Below are positions 49,728 through 63,270 of a stretch of DNA of 64,000 nt, one piece after another (position 1 is the stretch's first letter; every line of letters starts with the position of its first letter). The position numbers and the translations under genes are program-made. The notes under the pieces were generated by a model that did not search any database, was not told the origin of the DNA, and saw nothing but the letters and a program-made list of their open reading frames with translations. Where the stretch lies: assembly GCF_963921235.1 (NCBI RefSeq), contig NC_086097.1, forward strand, positions 49,664,001 through 49,728,000. Direction: 5' to 3'. This DNA comes from Mobula hypostoma. Taxonomy: Eukaryota.

Positions 49728-50439
49728 TGCTTTTAAAAACCTTAGCTCTTTGCTGTCCCAGCAAAGCTGGGACAGGACTTTAGTTTCTTTCAGGAGTGTT
49801 TAAATGGCTGGATCTGTAAGTGCACAATTTCAGGCTATGCCACTGGAGGTTGGGGAACATCAGGCCACCTGGTTTGGGGCACACATCTGCGCCAGCTAAG
49901 ATAGAGTGTGTTGTGACTACAGGCAATAGCTGATGGCATCAGGCCCATGTCAGCACAACCCGGCCCCATGATATCCAATTATTTTTCAGTCTTTATATGG
50001 GAAGCAAGATTTCAAGCCATTGAGCCGGAGCCATGAATGCTCAAAATGAAACAACGTACATAATCTTAATTCAAATCTAAAAGCAGACTAGAGGCCAATA
50101 AAACATTTTAATCATGAGCTCGGAATTCACATTTGTAAATTAAAAATTGCTCTTCAGCAAATATTTGTTAGTTTTAAACAATTTATGTTATTCTTCTTCT
50201 TTATGCCAAATACAAGGTTGATTTATTTAAATGTAACAAATAGAACCAACAGGGAGGTTAGTCACAAAGGAAATGGCTTCTTAGTGAATCCTACATTGAT
50301 GCCATTCAAACACCCTAGTTCTAATTAAGCAAGCTGTGTAAAATTTAGAATCATTTTGTAACTGTTGGCAGCTTCATTACATGATAAAAATGCAGTACTG
50401 TAATTTGTTTGAATACCTTGATTTATTAATATATATATA

Positions 50440-50695
50440 TAGAGAGAGATACAGCATAGAATGGTCCTTCCAGCCCATCAAGCCCTGCTGCCCCAGCAGC
50501 CCTCAATTCAACCCTAGCCTAATAACCGGACACTTTACAATGACCAAGTGACCTACAAACCCGTACATCTTTGGACTGTGAGAGGAAACCAGAACACCTG
50601 TAGAAAGCCCATGCATTCCATGGGGAGGATGTACAGACTCCTTACAGGTGACTCCTTGAATGCTGTACTCCAGTGTAATAGTGTTGCGCTAACTG
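50440..50695 (-). mobile_element. V-type SINE
   Basis: TCTTTGGACTGTGAGAGGAAACCAGAACACC domain; CR1-like tail. Confidence 0.78.
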
Positions 50696-51491
50696 GCACT
50701 GGCATCTGGCTCAGTCAAGAGTCTGGAATAAGAGCCAGGAGTTTGCAAGTCAAGGCAGAACCAGCGGTCTGGTGTATGGGCCGAGGGAAGTCTGGAACAC
50801 GAGGAATCTGTGTGCGGTTGCAGCCAGACCAACAGTATGGAATGCTTGAATGGTTCCCATTCCCTTTAATTTCACCAGGTTATAGACTGTGTAGCACATT
50901 AAAAACAATTTAAATAAAAGTGTGTTTGGATAGTAACAAAAGTAACATTCAATATTCTCAGAAACTTAGTTCGGTACGACCAAAGTCGCAAGCGTGCAGG
51001 ATCATCCATAATACACAGGAGAGTGTCAGTAAGAGGAAACTTCAAACTTAAAATACTTTCATGTTAGCAGTGGAAAATTCTTCGTAACTACATTAAGCAA
51101 TGATCTAAAATAATGCACTTGAAACTTGTATGAACCTTTCAAATATCATGCATGGACAAGCACAACCTCACAAATGAGGCTTAAATGATCAATGACATAT
51201 AAGTGAGGTCTGGTCTCCACAATGGCAATCTGGAACCCCTTCAACAAGGCTGCTGAATAATAGGGCTCCATGGATATTTTCAGTCACGTACAACACACAA
51301 CAGTCTCATCCAACTTCACCTATTTGCAATCATTTCTGATTTCCTTGAAGAGAATTTTTGGTAAAAAACTTATTTCTGATAATTATATGTATATTTTGTA
51401 AACAAAAGGTCATATATTTCCTCATACCTCCTCTGCCATAACTCAACTTCGAAAAAGCTCCATTTGAAAATGGATGAAGTGATTCAGTCTC

Positions 51492-51812
51492 ATGGCACAG
51501 TGGCAGAGCTCGTTAACTGGCTCCAGTGAGATGGTTCACTGCAGGCCTCACGCACTGTCTGTAAAGGTCGCGCCTTATTTCCGGGACTGCAAGGCTCTCC
51601 TTCAGGTGCTCAAGTTTTCTCCCACATCCCAAAGACGTAGGTTAATCGATCAAAGTTCATTGCTTCTGGAGCAGAGACGAGTAGTTGAATCAGTGGGGTG
51701 TTGATGGGAATGGAGGGTATCAAATGGGGTTAAAGGTAGTGGAAATGGAACATTGATGGTTGACTGAGACTCAGAGGGGATGAGCTAAAGGGGGCTGTTT
51801 CTCTCCTCTATG
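51492..51812 (+). mobile_element. Decayed tRNA-derived SINE
   Basis: TGGCACAGTGG A-box-like start; TTTTCTCCCACATCCCAAAGACGT domain; CR1-like GGGCTGTTTCT end. Confidence 0.6.
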
Positions 51813-52298
51813 TTACAAGGTGGTTGTATTGTCAGAGCACTTCACAATATAAAATGGAAATTATATTTTCACTGGATTCATCATAATCAAGTCAGGTTGG
51901 TGAGGGGAGTAGATTTCCTTTCCAGATAGGTTAATAATCTGGTATTTCTATAAATTTAAACTAAGAACGAATTCTTAAGTTTACATGTCTCTATTTGAAT
52001 TCATTCCATGAATCCAATCAGTAATATAATCACTACAGTACCGCAATTTAGTGCAACTGCTTTTTTGTATTGTTCTTTATTTCCAGCATCTGTAGAATCT
52101 CTGGTGTTTATCTTTAACTCCTTAATAGTTTCTCACCTAATCAAAAATTAAAATTAGGAAACTTGCACTATTCCCTGTTCCGATTTAACTTCCTTTACTG
52201 TTCCACCGAGAAGGGCTCTCCTGTTCCCACTATTGTTATTTGTTGGCTTTGTTAACTCTTTATTATAACTCTACATTCAATTGTTTACCACAATACAG

Positions 52299-52413
52299 TA
52301 TTCTAGTAAAGTCACGCTCTGCAGTTGTAAAGCGAGCTGGTTTTGCACACTGAAGTTGCAACACATCAGGCCCTTGGTGCTTGGAGACAGCTGATGGCAA
52401 TGGCTGTCAACAT
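52299..52413. repeat. Unclassified ~115-bp element, copy 1
   Basis: About 81% identical (91/112 by manual alignment, one 3-nt indel) to 54704-54815. Confidence 0.85.
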
Positions 52414-54051
52414 CCCCTTTTGTATAAAACTTTCAACCAAAACCCAACATCTGCTCCAATTGTAAATAATACAATTTACTTTTTACATGACATTTAGCAA
52501 ACGCAGAATCAATTACACATTATCAAACAGTATTATTTTCTCCATTTAGAATTTAAGATCACTAGTCCTAGCTATATGTAGGACTGCTAATCTACTCCTT
52601 AAAAATGGGAACCTAATTAGATATTAAATGATTATTTATAGTGCTGAAAGTTTAGCTTGAATAAAGCAGCAGGCAGAATATCTCATAATGCTAATTCAGT
52701 CCGAGGTACAGATGACTGAATCGGTAGTCCGGTAGAAATGTATTCTATCATGCATTACCAAACCATGTGAAACTAGAGCAAGCTTTTGCATCTGGTTTAA
52801 AATAATTCAATGAAAGGCTGGCACACTGGCATTTAGACAGACCTCCTGCATGTCCCGAAGATCCGGTGGGCACTTAGCCATAATTACCTAACAATGTTTC
52901 TCCTCCACTCTTTCAGCTGTAGCGTACGCAATACAATTTCTTCAGACAAACTAATGGGGAAGTTGTACATTCTGAACAAAAGCTTCAATTGTGCTGTCCA
53001 AACAAGTGGGGTTTTATTCTCTTTGTTTAAATCTGCGACAAAATGCCTTGCAACACCTTTTCAATAGCAGTAGCCTCATCATGTAATACCCGTAAATGGC
53101 CTCACAGTGCGAGTGGAACATTTTGAATTGATGACAGAAAAAAGGAGAAATAGTAACTTAGGTACAGCCAAAGAGAAGTTCTATGCCTTGGGCTAAACAT
53201 TCCACTGACACAGCATAAGCATTCTCACCATCAATAATACAAACACACCACATCAAACATGAGGGTGAGCAAAAACCACATCGATATCTCAAGAACAGGC
53301 TCGGAGTTTCATATATTCAGATGTAAGTGTGCAAAAGCAGTGATGTTATTCTGTGATGCCTGACCTGTTGGGGGTAAACTATTAATAGGTAAGTGAATAT
53401 CAAACAACAAGATAGAAGTGACTGGATCTTTCTGTTTTAAACAGTAGCCAAGCAGATAAAAAGAGAGGCTGCCTGGAATCTCATTTGCATGCGCATAGTG
53501 ATAAGACATTAAAACTGTTGCTCTGTAATGCTGCAGGAAGCATCTTATATACTATTAGCCAATCTAAAGTGGGTGAGCAAGTTGCAAAATTGTAGGGAGC
53601 AAACTTGGCATAAAGAGAAAAAGCATGAAAGCATTATATCAAACAGAATAAAAACAGTCATTTTTTAAGCAAAAGTAATTTTTATATCCAAATGGACAAG
53701 AATGTGATACTGATATGTTTGCACATCTGCAACCAGTGTGGAGCTGAAATGGAAACTAAAAGGTGAACAGAGACATTAGTGACATTTGAAAATTCTGTTG
53801 CTAGTGGAGATGCTTCTGCACATTGGAATTGAAGCCAGCAAAAAAGAAAACATTCTTTCACATTAGTCAAGGGCCAAGGTTAAAGTTTTGACCACTAATC
53901 CTCCAGACAGCAGCTACGGAGTTTTACCATCCCAAGGGCTTAAACCAGTCACCCATAAATTATATGGTCATTTTGATCTGTGAGCTTCAGTTAATCCATA
54001 GTTCTGTAGCTGATTCCTCTTATTATGCTCATCCATAACCACTATGCTGCC

Positions 54052-54356
54052 GGGTGGCACAGTATCATAACGGTTAGCACAAAGTTTTACAACGCCACCA
54101 ATCAGGGTTCAATTCCCGCTGCTGCCTCTAAGGAGTTTGTGGGTTCTCCCCCTGACGATATTGGTTTCCTCTGGGTGCTCTGGGTCCCTCCCACATTCTG
54201 AAGGTATACAGGTTAAGGTGAGTAAATTGTGGCCATGCTATGTTGGTGACCCTTGCCCCCAGCACATCCTTGCGTTGTGTTGGTCATTGACACAAATGAC
54301 ATATTTCACTGTAAGTTTTGATGTACATGTGACAAATAAAGCTAATCTCTATCATT
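54052..54356 (+). mobile_element. tRNA-derived V-type SINE with Rex1-like tail
   Basis: A box TGGCACAGTA, B box GGTTCAATTCC, GGTTTCCTCTGGGTGCTC domain, 3' ACAAATAAAGCTAATCT. Confidence 0.75.
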
Positions 54357-54703
54357 AATCCTCTTTGTCATACCCTATTTTCCCAGTCTGAATGGGCTTC
54401 AAGATCAAGATCTTAATAAGCACATTCGTCCAATTTTCTCTCAGAAATTCCTTCTAGCATATGCATAGTCCACATTCTCTACTTTATCAATTCTGGGTTA
54501 TTCATCTCTCATTCCTACCACTCAGGCAATCAGCCGGAAAACACTATTCTTTGTAACTTCATTCTAAAATTATTTTTTCTTGCTTCTGTTCGTTATTCAT
54601 ACCTTCTGCCCAGTAATTCTTATCCTTCTGGGAAAATATGTTACAAAATCCTTCTACATGGGATGTTATGTGGTAATATAAAATCATCAATAGTTTAACA
54701 TAA

Positions 54704-54815
54704 TATTCCAGTAACGTCATATTGTGCAGTAAAGCAAGCTGCGTTTGCACACTGAAGTTGCTACACAGTAGGACTTTGGAGCGCAGAGACAGTTGATGGC
54801 AAGTGCTGTCAACAT
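54704..54815. repeat. Unclassified ~115-bp element, copy 2
   Basis: Shares TTTGCACACTGAAGTTGC and GAGACAGYTGATGGCAANNGCTGTCAACAT with 52299-52413, in the same orientation. Confidence 0.85.
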
Positions 54816-55164
54816 TCTGTTTTACACCACAGGGCTCAAAGTTGGGACTGATGTCCTGTCAAACTAAATAACCAGGATTGTAGATAACACTTTTAATAAA
54901 CAATAGTGTGGAAAGTTCTGCTGAGAGGCAGCTACAGAGCTGGTGTGATCGTTGTCATTTTACAAAACACCATATATTCCACAATAATTAACACAAACTG
55001 TTGGAGAGAAGTCTAACTTCTATACTTAAGAGAAAAGGAAGACAGAAGATGGGGAACCACAGACTAATTAACCAACATCAGGAGTAGGGAAGATGCTGGA
55101 AATCATTATTAAGGAAAAGGTAATGTGACTTCAAAATAACAGGTTTGGACAAAGACAAAGACAA

Positions 55165-56012
55165 GAAAATTTGCAGTTGCTGGAAATCCAAGCAACACAC
55201 ACGAAATGCTGGAAGAATTCAGCAGGCCGGGCAGCATTGATGGAAAAAAGTACAGTCGATGTTTCAAGCCAAAACCCTTGATCAGGACTGGGGGGAAAAA
55301 AAGGTGTTAGAGCGAAAATATGGGGGGAAGGGAGGAAGAATTACAATGTAGTAGGTAAAAGGTGCAACTAGGATGAGGGGAAGAGTGGCGAAGAGCTGTG
55401 AAGCTGATGGGTGAAAAAGATACAGGGCTGTAGAAGGGGGAATCTGATAGGAGAGAGTAGGAGACCATCAAAGAAAGGGAAGGCGGAGGAGCACCAAAGG
55501 GAGGTGATGGGCAGGTAAGGAGATGAGGTGAGAGAGGAAAATGGGAATGGGAATAGTGAAGAGGGGAGGTAATTACCAGAAGTTTGTGAAATTGATGTTA
55601 ATGCCATCAGGTTGGAGGCTACCCAGACGTAATATAAGGTGTTGCTCCTCCAGCCTGAGTGTGGCCTCATCATGGCAGTAGAGGAGGCCGTGACTGACAT
55701 GTCGGAATGGAAAGTAGAACTGATGTATTTGGAATCCAGATATTCTTCAGCGTAGGAGTTAGTGGTATGAACTGAGGATTGGGTAGCAGACAACAAACAA
55801 AAAATAGGATTAAAAAACATGAGAAAATCTCCCTCTCCCAGTTTCACCTATCACCTGCCACCTTGTATTTCTTCTTCCCCTCCCCCCCCCTTTTACTCTG
55901 ACTCACCCTTCCTCTCCTGTCCTGATCAAAGGCCTCGGCCTAAAACATCAACTGTTTCCTTCTTTCCATAGATGCTGCCTCGCTGCTGAGTTCCTCCAGC
56001 AGTCTGTGTGTT
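55165..56012 (-). mobile_element. Penelope 3' fragment (minus, 55165-55720) with an inverted terminal-repeat copy (plus, 55830-56012)
   Basis: HSDMSV..EATLRLEEQHL-type coding remnant; decayed hammerhead motifs at ~55253-55290 (-) and ~55918-55954 (+). Confidence 0.85.
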
Positions 56013-56029
56013 GAATAGGATTAAACAGA

Positions 56030-56880
56030 TGATTATTGGGTTGGGAAGCAATGACACAGAGTGCACATCTTTTCACAGTCTATATTAATGAGAGTGATTT
56101 GGATGAGAGGATTTGGAGTAGCATCTCCAACTTTGGTGAACATACAAAATTGGGTGGCAATGTGGGTCGTAAGGAACAACAGAGGCTTGAGGATATGTAG
56201 ATAGGGTAAATAAATTGGCAAGGTCATTCAGATAAAAGACTTTTAAAAAAGTAGAACAGAGGTATAACTATTTTTTCAATGGTCAAAGGTTAAATGGCAC
56301 TAGTGTGTAGAGGGACATAGGTATCCTTCTACACGCAGAGACAGTTTTTTGTGTGAGTGTTTTGTGCACTACTGCAAGAAATTGATGTCTATAGTATATT
56401 GACATTTATTGAAAGAATATTTGAATACTTGAGATTATACTGGGTCCTGGAATATTGTGTTCAGATCTAGTGCCATAACTATGGAAGAATATGCTTGAAA
56501 GAGAGGGAATACAACAAAGGTTGAGCAGGCTGATTCCAAGGATGGGAGTGGGGTTAACCCATTTGGAGAGATTAAGCTGAATGGCCCCATATTCTTTTGA
56601 GTTCAGATGAATCAGAGGTGACTGCATTGAAACATAGAAAATTCTTGATAGTGTTGATAATGCCTCCTTGGCAGGGGTGCCCAGAGCCAAGAATCTCAAC
56701 CTCAAAGTACAGGATTGGTCACTCGTGAGAAGATGAGAAGACATTTCTTCATCCAGAAGGTAGTGAGTTGTTGAATTCTCTGCCCTTCAGTGCTGTGGAA
56801 ACTCAGTCAGAGAGTATAACAAGACAAAAATTAATGGCTTTTTGGACATTGTGGAATTCAAGGGATAAAAAGGTTGATCA
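56030..56880 (+). mobile_element. Old, highly decayed CR1 RT and 3' fragment
   Basis: Remnants of ISNF..TKLGG, LEYCVQ and RGDCIET motifs. Confidence 0.65.
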
Positions 56881-58467
56881 GGACAGTGGTGCGAGATTTT
56901 TAAAAATTCAGCCCTTTTCCTGCATGTTCTGTAATAGACCTTTACAGGACATCAGAACATCCTGGAGAGCATTATTTTCAAACCATTTGCTATTCGTATG
57001 TTCTTTTGAGGCAAGTTAATGGGTTTTATATATTTGTGTTATAGATTGTGTTCTAGATTAGGGATTCTAAGAATATTCTCAGTTTTCATTTTTAAAATAA
57101 TAAATACTCCCATTATCAATGCATTTTATAATACAGAACATATGATGTAAGAGTGAATAAACTAAACTATACTATGTTGGTAAACAATTTTATCCTTACA
57201 CGAGGTATGCAATCCTATATCATTGTGGTTAAAATCGGTCTATCTGCATTACTGATATCCATCTAAACTTTATTAATACAAATCAAATTGGCATTCAGAA
57301 ATTCAAAATCTAAACTATACATTAAACTTCGTTTCCATTGTGAAAATTAGCCAAAGATCCATAGCTTCAAAGATCTGAAAGGTACTGTGAAAAATATCCC
57401 AGGGCACTTTAAAGAGAAACAAAAAAACATTATACTGAAACAAAAAGGACAAGTAAAACCACGTTCATGACCTCAAAGAGGTTCTACAGAGTGGTAGACA
57501 GTAGGTAGAGATACCTAGCAAAGAATCCCTTGATAACTTATACCACAAGTGTGGCTTTCACTAGTAAAGGGGTGTAGAGAGTCCAGAGTAAAATGGGCAG
57601 GAAGTTCAAAGTCCAGGTCTTTCAACAGGAGGAGATTATAGAACTAGCCAAGTCAATGCCATAATGTTGAGATTTTTTATACTGGTGAAGCAGGAACCAA
57701 TCAAACTATAAAGACTCAGAAGGTAGGCAGGAAAGATGCAATAAAAAGTGCTTTAGATAATGCAATGTTTACACAGAATGCATGGTATAATGCTAACCAG
57801 GGTGGAAATACAACAGTTAAGCCTGGAAGTAAAAAACACACACTTGAGATCAGATGAACTGGGGTGAAAATAATATGAATATTTGCAATGAACAGTATGA
57901 GTTTAGAGGCTCAGGTAACATTGAGAATGTGAACCATCTGGTTCAGCCCAGGACATTTAAGTGAGAACATTGCAGTGTCTCAGACTTGTGCAGGGACTAA
58001 AGGTGATGGGCACCATTTTCCCTGTGCTTCAGTGGATTAAATGGTAAAGACCGGGGTAATAAAATGGAATGGAGAGTGTATGGCTGTTCACATATTTAGC
58101 CAAATGGAAGAGTGAAGTCCAGGTGTTTTCTGTTTTCAAGTGCAGTTCTAGCTGGTATTTGGGAGGTATTGCCCAACAGGTGGATATTAAGGATTAAAAG
58201 CTAGATGTGGGTCTTTATGCTTACAAGGAATTGGTCAGTGACGACCGTGATTGTAATTGAGGTCATGTGCATTGAGATAGCAACACTGAGGTAATGGTTT
58301 TGAATAAACTATTAATGTCTGTGCTCTGAGGCATTAGAAAGAATACTGTCATTACTTTATATCAATGAACCCGTTACATTATTGCTCTTAACAATAATTA
58401 ATGCAATGTGCTTTACTGTAAGTATTATTGCATAGAATATTATATATTTAGTTCATTTAAAGTTTTC

Positions 58468-60232
58468 AATAGACAATAGGTGCCAGAATAGGCCATTCAG
58501 CCCTTCGAGCCAGCACCACCATTCACTGTGATCATGGCTGATCATCCACAATCAGTACCCTTTTCCTGCCTTCTCCCCATATCCCTTCACTCTGCTATCT
58601 TTAGGAGCTCTATCTAACTCTTTCTTGGAAGAATCCAGAGAATTGGCCTCCACTGCCTTCTGAGGCAGAGCATTCCACAGAACCACAACCCTCTGTGCGA
58701 AAAAGATTTTCCTCAACTCAGTTCTAAATTGCCTACCCCTGGACTCCCCCAACATTGGGAACATGTTTCCTGCCTCCAGCGTGTCCAATCCCTTAATAAT
58801 CTTATATGTTTCAATCAGATCCCCTCTCATCCTTCTAATTTCCAGTGTATACAACCCCCAGTCACTCCAATTTTTCAACATATAACAGTCCCGCCATCCC
58901 GGGAATTAACCTCGTGAACCTACGCTGCACTCCCTCAACAGCAAGAATGTCCTTCCTCAAATTTGGAGACCAAAACTGTACACAATACTCCAGGTGTGGT
59001 CTCACCAGGGCCCTGTACAACTGCAGCTTTCTTCACTGCTGCTGTACCTGCATGCTTACTTTCAGTGACTAATGAAGAAGGACACCTAGATCTCATTGCA
59101 CTTCCCCTTTTCCTAACTTGACACCATTCAGATAGTAATCTGCCTTCCTGTTCTTGCTACCAAAGTGGATAACCTCACATTTATCCACATTAAACTGCAT
59201 CTGCCCACTCACCCAACCTGTCCAAGTCACCCTCCATTCTCATAACATCCTCCTCACATTTCACACTGCCACCCAGCTTTGTGTCATCTGCAAATTTGCT
59301 AATGTTACTTTTAACCCCTTCACCTAAATCATTAATGTATATTGTAAATAGCTGCAGTCCCAGCACCGAGCCTTGCGGTACCCCACTAGTCACTGCCTGC
59401 CATTCTGAAAAGGACCCATTAATCACTACTCTTTGTTTCCTGTCTGCCAACCAATTTTCTATCCATGTCAGTACCCTACCCCCAATACCATTTGCTCTAA
59501 TTTTGCCCACTAACCTCCTATGTGGGACCTCATCAAAGGCTTTCTGAAAGTCCAGGTACACCACATCCACTGGCTTTCCCATGTCCATTTTCATAGTTAC
59601 ATTCTCAAAAAATTGCAGAAGATTAGTCAAGCATGATTTCCCCTTCATAAATCCATGCTGACTCAGATCTATCCTGCCACTGCTATCCAAATATGCCGCT
59701 ATTTCATCTTTTATAATTGATTCCAGCATCTTCCCCACCACTGATGTCAGACTAACTGGTCTATAATTGCCTGTTTTCTCTCTCCCTCCTTTCTTAAAAA
59801 GTGGTATAACATTAGCTACCCTCCAATCCACAGGAACTGATCTTGAATCTATAGAACATTGGAAAATGATTACCAATGCATCCACGATTTCTAGAGCCAC
59901 CTCTTTAAGTACCCTGGGATGCAGACCATCAGGCCCTGGGGATTTATCAGCCTTCAGTCCCATCAGTTTACCCAACACCATTTTCTGCCTGATGCGAATT
60001 TCCTTCAGTTCCTCTGTTACCCTAGGTCCTCTGGCCACTATTACATCTGGGAGATTGTTTGTGTCTTCCCTAGTGAAGACAGATCCAAAGTACCTGTTCA
60101 GCTCATCTGCCATTTCCTTGTTCCCCATAATAATTTCACCCGTTTCTGTCTTCAAGGGCCCAACTTTGGTCTTAACTAATTTTTTCCTCTTCACATACCT
60201 ATAGAAGCTTTTACTATCCTCCTTTATATTCT
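58468..60232 (-). mobile_element. CR1 LINE RT and 3' region (334-aa open frame 59190-60194)
   Basis: [53 protein letters not shown]; (CTATTGT)n tail. Confidence 0.95.
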
Positions 60233-60734
60233 TTATATTTCTTTTTCAAAGTTTCTCAAACTGAAATCAAACCCTTCTCAAATCCTGTTCATTCTTTACA
60301 ATCTATGCCTCTTATAATGCACAAACACAGGAAGTTATGATGAAGTTAAAAATGAAAAGTACTAAGTCATTATGAATAGTACTTTGTTTCATGAAGAGAA
60401 TGTAAGTGATGCCAGATTCTGAAGGAGCCGGTACAGGTTCCTTAGGCTGAAGGGAAAAGATAAAAGAGAATTTCTGGTTCTATTAATTTTAATATAGTGA
60501 TGGGGAAGTATAGGACAGGTCCAAAGGTTAGGTTCCTAAACTACAGTAGTTCTAATTTTGGGGGAATTAGACAGAAACTAACAGAGGTGAATGGGGTGAA
60601 TCTGTTTGAAGGAAAATGAACAAATAGGAAGTGGGAAGATTCTAAGACTGATAGCAAGTATCCAGCAGTAGCATATTCCTGTTAGGGTGAAGGGTAAAAC
60701 TGCCACGTTTAGGGAACTTTGGCTAGAGAGAGAT

Positions 60735-62408
60735 TCACAAACAAGAGAAAATCTGCAGATGCTGGAAATCCAAACATCACCTGCTGGAGGAACTCAACAG
60801 GCCAGACAGCATCTGTGGAAAAGAGTAACCAGTTACTGTTTCGGGCTGAGACCCTTCGTCAGGACTGGAGAAAACAGATGAGCAGTCAGAGTAAGAAGGT
60901 GGGGGGAGGGGAGGAAGATATACAAGGTGATAGGTGAGACAGGGGGCAGGGAAGAGGGGTGAAGTAAAGAGCTTGAAAGTTGGTTGGTGAAGAAGTTGAC
61001 AACACAGATGACCATATTGCTGCTGCTTCCTCCACTCATACAGAGCTCATCAACTTCATCACGTTTGCCTCCAACTTCCACCCTGCCCTCAAATTTACCA
61101 GGTCCATTTCCAACACCTCCCTCCCCTTTCTCGATCTCATTGTCTCTGTCTTGGGAGACAGCTTATCCACTGAAGTCTTTTATAAACCCACTGACTCTCA
61201 CAGCTACCTGGACTATACCTCTTCACACACTGTTTCTTGTAAAAATGCCATCTCCTTCTCTCAATTCCTCCATCTCCATCACATCTGCTCTCAGGATGAG
61301 GCTTATCATTCTAGAACTAATGAGATGTCCTCCTTCTTCAAAGAAAGGGGCTTCCCTTCCTTCACCATCAATGCTGCCCTCAACTGCATCTCTTCTATTT
61401 CACACGTCTGCCCTCACCCCATCCTCCTGTCACCCTTCAGGTATAGAGTTCCTCTTGTCTTCACCTACCACCCCACCAGCCTCTGCATCCAACACATAAT
61501 TCTCCGTAACTTCCAACATCTCCAATGGGATCCCACCACCAAGCACAATTTTCTCTCCTCCTCCACTTTCTGCTTTCCACAGGGAGCGCTCCCGACTTAA
61601 CATCCTTGTCCATTCATCCCTCCCCACTGATCTCCCTCCTGGCACTTATCCTTGCAAGTGGAACAAGTGCTACACCTGCCCCTACACCTTCTCCCTCATG
61701 ACCATTCAGGGCCCCAAACAGTCGTCCCAGGCAAGGCAACACTTCACCTGTGAGTCTGTTGGAGTCATATACTGTATCCGGTGCTCCCGGTGTAGCCTCC
61801 TGTCTCCTAAGACCCGAAATAGATTGGGAAAGTGCTTCGCCGAGCACCTACACTCAGTCTGCCTGAAAGAGCAAGATCTCCCTGTGGCCACCCATTTTAA
61901 TTCCACTTCCCATTCTCATGTTGACATGTTATTCCATGGCCTCCTCTACTGCTGCGATAAAGCCGCACTCAGGTTGGAGGAGCAACACCTTATATTCCAC
62001 TTGGGTTGCCTCCAACCTGACGACATGAACATCGATTTCTCAAACTTCCAGTAGTGCCCCCTCCCACTCCTTCACCATTTCCCAGTTCCATTTCCCTCTT
62101 TCTCCTTATCTCCTTACCTACTCCTCTTCTTCCCTTTTTTCCATGGCGTTCTGTCCTCTCCTATCAGATTCTGCCTTCTCCAGACCTTTATCTTTTTCAC
62201 CTATCGACTTCCCAGCTCTTTCCTTCACCCCTCTCCCCCTCCCAGTTTCACCTACCACCTTCCTCCCCCACTCCCACCTTCTCACACTAACTCCTTACCA
62301 TTTTTCTCCAGTTCTGATGAAGGGCTTCGGCCCAAAACATCGACTGTTAACTCTTGCACGGATGCTGCCTGGCCTGCTGAGTTCCTCCGGCATTTTATCT
62401 GTGTTGCT
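60735..62408 (+). mobile_element. Penelope 3' half (from ~61005) preceded by an inverted terminal repeat (60735-60985)
   Basis: FASNFHPALKFT, PFLDL, FYKPTDSHSYL, GVIYCIRCSRC; hammerhead-like motifs at 60830-60868 (-) and 62309-62346 (+, GAAA changed to AAAA). Confidence 0.92.
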
Positions 62409-62449
62409 AAAGAGAGATTTATTTTTTTGCATGAATTTACAGGAAAAAG

Positions 62450-63270
62450 AAGTGCAATAGAATGTTTTCAAAAAAAATTATAAGTAGACAAAGACTGAAA
62501 AAGAAGTCAAAATGGGGCAAATAAAAAATAATACCGAAATCATGAGTTCTGAAGAGTCCTTTTGAAAAGTCATAGAATAAGTTCAGAGTAGTGGTAAATG
62601 AAGTTATCCACATTGGTTCAGGAGCCTGATGGTTTAGGATAATGACTGTTCCTGAAGCTAGTAGTGTAGGCCCTAAGGCTTTTGGCCCATGGTAGTAGCA
62701 AGAAGAATGCACGGCCCGGATGGTGGAGGTCGTTTATGATAAATGTTGCTCTGCTGCAGTAGTGCTCCATGTAAATGTAGTCAATAGTGGGGGAGGGGGG
62801 TTGTAGCTGTTTCCTGTCCTAGAATTTTAAAGTTACAGACCCTGTCCACCTCCTTGCTCCTATTACAGACTGTCTCATGGCTCCCCAATTCTTCCTCCTG
62901 CAGCCAATAATTATCCCTTTGCAACACGTACAAAATGCTGGAGGCACTCAGCAGGCCAGGCAGCATCTATGGATAAAGGTATAAAGGTACAGTTGACGGT
63001 TCAAGCCACTGAGCTCCCACCGAAAATCATCTCTTTAGTTTTGTTGACTTTGAGTGAGTGGCTGTTGTTGTGGCACCACTCAACAGGATTTCCATTCAGC
63101 CTTCCATGTGCTGATTTGTCACCACCTATGATTTGGCCAACAACCGTGGTGTCGTCAGCAAGCATTAGTGGCGTACATAGCCTTGTGGTCATGAGTGAAG
63201 CAGGGGTCTAAGCACGCAGCCTTGTCGTGCATCTATGCTCATGGCAGATGTGGCGATGCCTGTGAGAAAA
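62450..63270 (-). mobile_element. Decayed Rex1 fragments interleaved with a Penelope short repeat (62920-63010)
   Basis: LADDTTVVGQI..VEWCHNNSHSLKVNKTKEMI; a 3' region similar to 63530-63720 in reverse orientation. Confidence 0.65.

Noticed and set aside
52340..52365. Iron-responsive element (CAGTGT loop on minus)
   Set aside because: The flanking 5-mers AACTT and GCAAA do not pair, so the IRE upper stem cannot form.
57500..58300. Possible ancient L2-type LINE remnant
   Set aside because: Composition is suggestive, but I could not recover any diagnostic motif.
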